64,000 bases of DNA. Source: Chitinophagaceae bacterium. Lineage in GTDB: Bacteria; Bacteroidota; Bacteroidia; Chitinophagales; Chitinophagaceae. Location: the NCBI GenBank assembly GCA_025360525.1, contig JANYCA010000144.1, positions 12,071-76,070 of the forward strand. The letters are read 5' to 3'. The translations under genes and the position numbers were made by a program. This document shows, piece by piece, positions 61,594-64,000 of this stretch. Each line of letters starts with the position of its first letter. Position 1 is the stretch's first letter. Under the pieces are notes generated by a model. It was not told the origin of the DNA. It was given only the letters and a program-made list of their open reading frames with translations, and did not search any database.

Positions 61594-61926
61594 TGTAACT
61601 GGTATAACAGGCGCAAAGGTAATTGGTTGCGACTGATTTAGCAGTTGCCACTGATTTTTAAAAGCGGCTTCCATTATTAATGCCGGGCTTTGAACTAACG
61701 CCCAAAACCTAGCCACGACAGCAGCGGAAAGCCCACAGCTGAAGATTTGTGCAAAGGGCTGTGGCGAGGACTTGCAGCGAATGGCGGGAACAAAGCAGGG
61801 CTTTAAACTGCTGTTGAGCTACAAAAAATCAATTGAGATTTTTAGTTTTTCCAACTTACTTTTGGAACTATTAATTGATTAATGTTAGATGATGAATTGT
61901 AACAAAAACTTTTACCCAATAAATAA

Positions 61927-63216
61927 ATGACCACCAATAATTTTAAAAAAGCGAGCTGGATTGTTAATACCGATGTGTACGAAGTAAACCTTCGCCAATA
62001 TAGCAGAGAAGGCACTTTTAATGCTTTTGCAAATGAGCTACCAAGGTTAAAAGAGATGGGCGTTAGTACCTTGTGGTTTATGCCCATTACGCCCATTTCT
62101 GAAAAGAATAAAAAGGGCAGTTTGGGCAGTCAGTACGCCTGCATCGATTACACCAGCATCAGTCACGAATTTGGTACATTGGCAGAATTTAAAAGCCTCA
62201 CGAACCTTGCACACGAAATGGGTTTTAAAGTAATGATCGATTGGGTGGCCAACCATACCGGATGGGACCATGTGTGGACAAAAATTCATCCTGAATATTA
62301 CAAGATAGACCCGGAAACCAACGACTTTAAAAGAGCGAGTGGTATGGATGATATTATTGAACTGGATTTTAAAAATCCGGATTTGCGCAAAGCCATGATT
62401 GATGCCATGCAATATTGGGTTACCGAATGCGACATTGATGGCTTTAGATGTGATCTTGCTTTTTGGGTAGAACTTGATTTTTGGCTGGAGGCAAGAACGA
62501 TGCTGGAGAAAACAAAAACATTGTTTTGGCTGGCAGAAAATGATGCCATTGAAAACCCTCAATACTACCAGGCTTTTGATGCCTGCTACGCCTGGACCTG
62601 GATGCACAAAACAGAATCTTTTTATAAAGAACACTGGGATGTTGACAGCCTGAAAAATATTTTATATCACTATAATTCTATTGGAGATAACAGCGCCATT
62701 AAACTTTGGTTTACATCTAACCATGATGAGAACAGCTGGAACGGAACGGAGTATGAGAAATATGGAGATGCTGCCAAAGCCTTTGCAGTACACAGTTTTA
62801 CGTGGAATGGCATTCCGCTTATTTACAGCGGGCAGGAGTTGCCTAACCCAAAGCGCCTGGAGTTTTTTGAGAAAGATGTAATAGCATGGAACGGAAAATA
62901 TGCAATGGCGAATTTTTATAAAACCCTGCTGTTGCTTCGCAAAAATAATAAGGCAGTTTGGGGTGGTGAAGCTGCAGCAACAACCCACATGGTAAAAACT
63001 TCGGGAGATAAAAACCTGATAGGATTTTTAAGAAAGCAGGACGAACAGGAAGTATTGGTGTTTCTTAATATGACTAGGAGTACCGTTAATTTTGAACTGG
63101 ACGATGATCAGGTGCAGGGTAAATTCACAAATATATTTACCGGAGAAACGGTGGATTTATCTGCAAATAAACAAATTGAATTAGATGCGTGGGGCTACCT
63201 TGTGGTGGAGAAATAA
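61927..63216 (+). CDS. GH13 alpha-amylase family glycosidase
   Basis: YEVNLRQY, DWVANHT, DGFRCDLA, WLAE, SNHDEN catalytic regions. Confidence 0.92.
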   Translation: MTTNNFKKASWIVNTDVYEVNLRQYSREGTFNAFANELPRLKEMGVSTLWFMPITPISEKNKKGSLGSQYACIDYTSISHEFGTLAEFKSLTNLAHEMGFKVMIDWVANHTGWDHVWTKIHPEYYKIDPETNDFKRASGMDDIIELDFKNPDLRKAMIDAMQYWVTECDIDGFRCDLAFWVELDFWLEARTMLEKTKTLFWLAENDAIENPQYYQAFDACYAWTWMHKTESFYKEHWDVDSLKNILYHYNSIGDNSAIKLWFTSNHDENSWNGTEYEKYGDAAKAFAVHSFTWNGIPLIYSGQELPNPKRLEFFEKDVIAWNGKYAMANFYKTLLLLRKNNKAVWGGEAAATTHMVKTSGDKNLIGFLRKQDEQEVLVFLNMTRSTVNFELDDDQVQGKFTNIFTGETVDLSANKQIELDAWGYLVVEK

Positions 63217-63242
63217 ATTAAACGATTACATTTTTACTCATT

Positions 63243-64000
63243 ATGAAAAAGCATTTTTTTATCCTCTTATTTTTTGTAGCAATGCAACACTTGCAAGCTC
63301 AATATACAACCGAAAATTACCCGGCTTATAAAGGCAAAGACCTCGGGTTAACCTACAGCAAGGCATCATCAACCTTTAAAATATGGAGCCCGCCTGCAAG
63401 CGCTGCTGAATTGTTGTTATACAAAAACGGCGATGGCGGAACGGCTTTTAAAACCATTGAACTTACGCAAGGTGCAAACGGCAGCTGGCAAACCAAATTA
63501 AGCGGCGATTTAAAGGGAACGTATTATACTTTCCGGGTAAAAATTATGGAAAGCTGGAGTAATGAAGTGGCGGATCCTTATGCAAAGGCGGTTGGTGTAA
63601 ATGGCCAAAGGGCGATGGTGATTGATTTAAAATCCACCAACCCTGCCGGGTGGGCGAAAGATAAAAGTCCGTCTTTTTCAGCAAACAATAAGGCTACCGA
63701 TGCTGTGATTTACGAGCTCCACATCAGGGATGCAAGCATTAATAAAAACGCAGGTATTGTACACAAAGGAAAATATTTGGGGCTCACCGAAAAAGGTACC
63801 AAAAGCAACGAGGGATTGTTATCAGGTTTGTCGCATATAAAAGAATTGGGTGTTACCCATATTCACCTGCTGCCTTTTTTTGATTACAATTCTGTTGATG
63901 AAAGTAAGCCTGAAAAAGCGCAGTACAACTGGGGCTACGATCCACTGAACTACAATGTGCCGGAGGGCAGTTATAGTACCGATCCGTTTAATTGTGCAAC
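63243..64000 (+). CDS. pulA: Type I pullulanase (GH13), partial, runs off window end
   Basis: Signal peptide; DLGLTY, FKIWSP, DPYAKAVGVNG, IYELHIRD, GVTHIHLLP, YNWGYDPLNYNVPEGSY. Confidence 0.92.
   Translation, partial: MKKHFFILLFFVAMQHLQAQYTTENYPAYKGKDLGLTYSKASSTFKIWSPPASAAELLLYKNGDGGTAFKTIELTQGANGSWQTKLSGDLKGTYYTFRVKIMESWSNEVADPYAKAVGVNGQRAMVIDLKSTNPAGWAKDKSPSFSANNKATDAVIYELHIRDASINKNAGIVHKGKYLGLTEKGTKSNEGLLSGLSHIKELGVTHIHLLPFFDYNSVDESKPEKAQYNWGYDPLNYNVPEGSYSTDPFNCA

Overview
Bacteroidota chromosome segment, probably Chitinophagaceae (inferred from gene content, TAnnTTTG promoter boxes and a T9SS C-terminal domain). 1-14 kb is mostly housekeeping: Sua5/YciO 3' end, LUD protein, ftsH, rsfS, birA, bcp, M23 peptidase, pheS, an arginase-family gene, dacB and a serine-hydrolase/D-aminoacylase fusion. 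14.3-43.6 kb is an apparently intact Afp/PVC/AlgoCIS-type extracellular contractile injection system (eCIS). It is preceded by a receiver-less LytTR gene and three 9-bp direct repeats at an exact 21-bp period. It carries a 2204-aa multi-domain DUF4157 cargo and a second peptidoglycan-binding candidate cargo. 43.8-50.9 kb is a five-gene Dlt-like acyl-transfer cluster: methyltransferase-adenylation fusion, adenylation-ACP fusion, SGNH protein, MBOAT and an unannotated DltX-like peptide. It is decaying (9 in-frame stops, 1 frameshift) and is bracketed by two copies of the eCIS ATPase 3' end. Next come a frameshifted GH3 gene, an AT-rich pair of secreted proteins (tandem DUF3494 ice-binding protein, T9SS repeat protein) and an IS1380 remnant. 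At 59.8-60.3 kb a GIY-YIG gene sits within tRNA-Arg(TCT) and two tRNA-derived copies whose anticodon arm is replaced by a CCCGAT..ATCGGG hairpin. The window ends with ispH, a GH13 amylase and a partial pullulanase. All family assignments come from motif recognition by eye; no database search was run.
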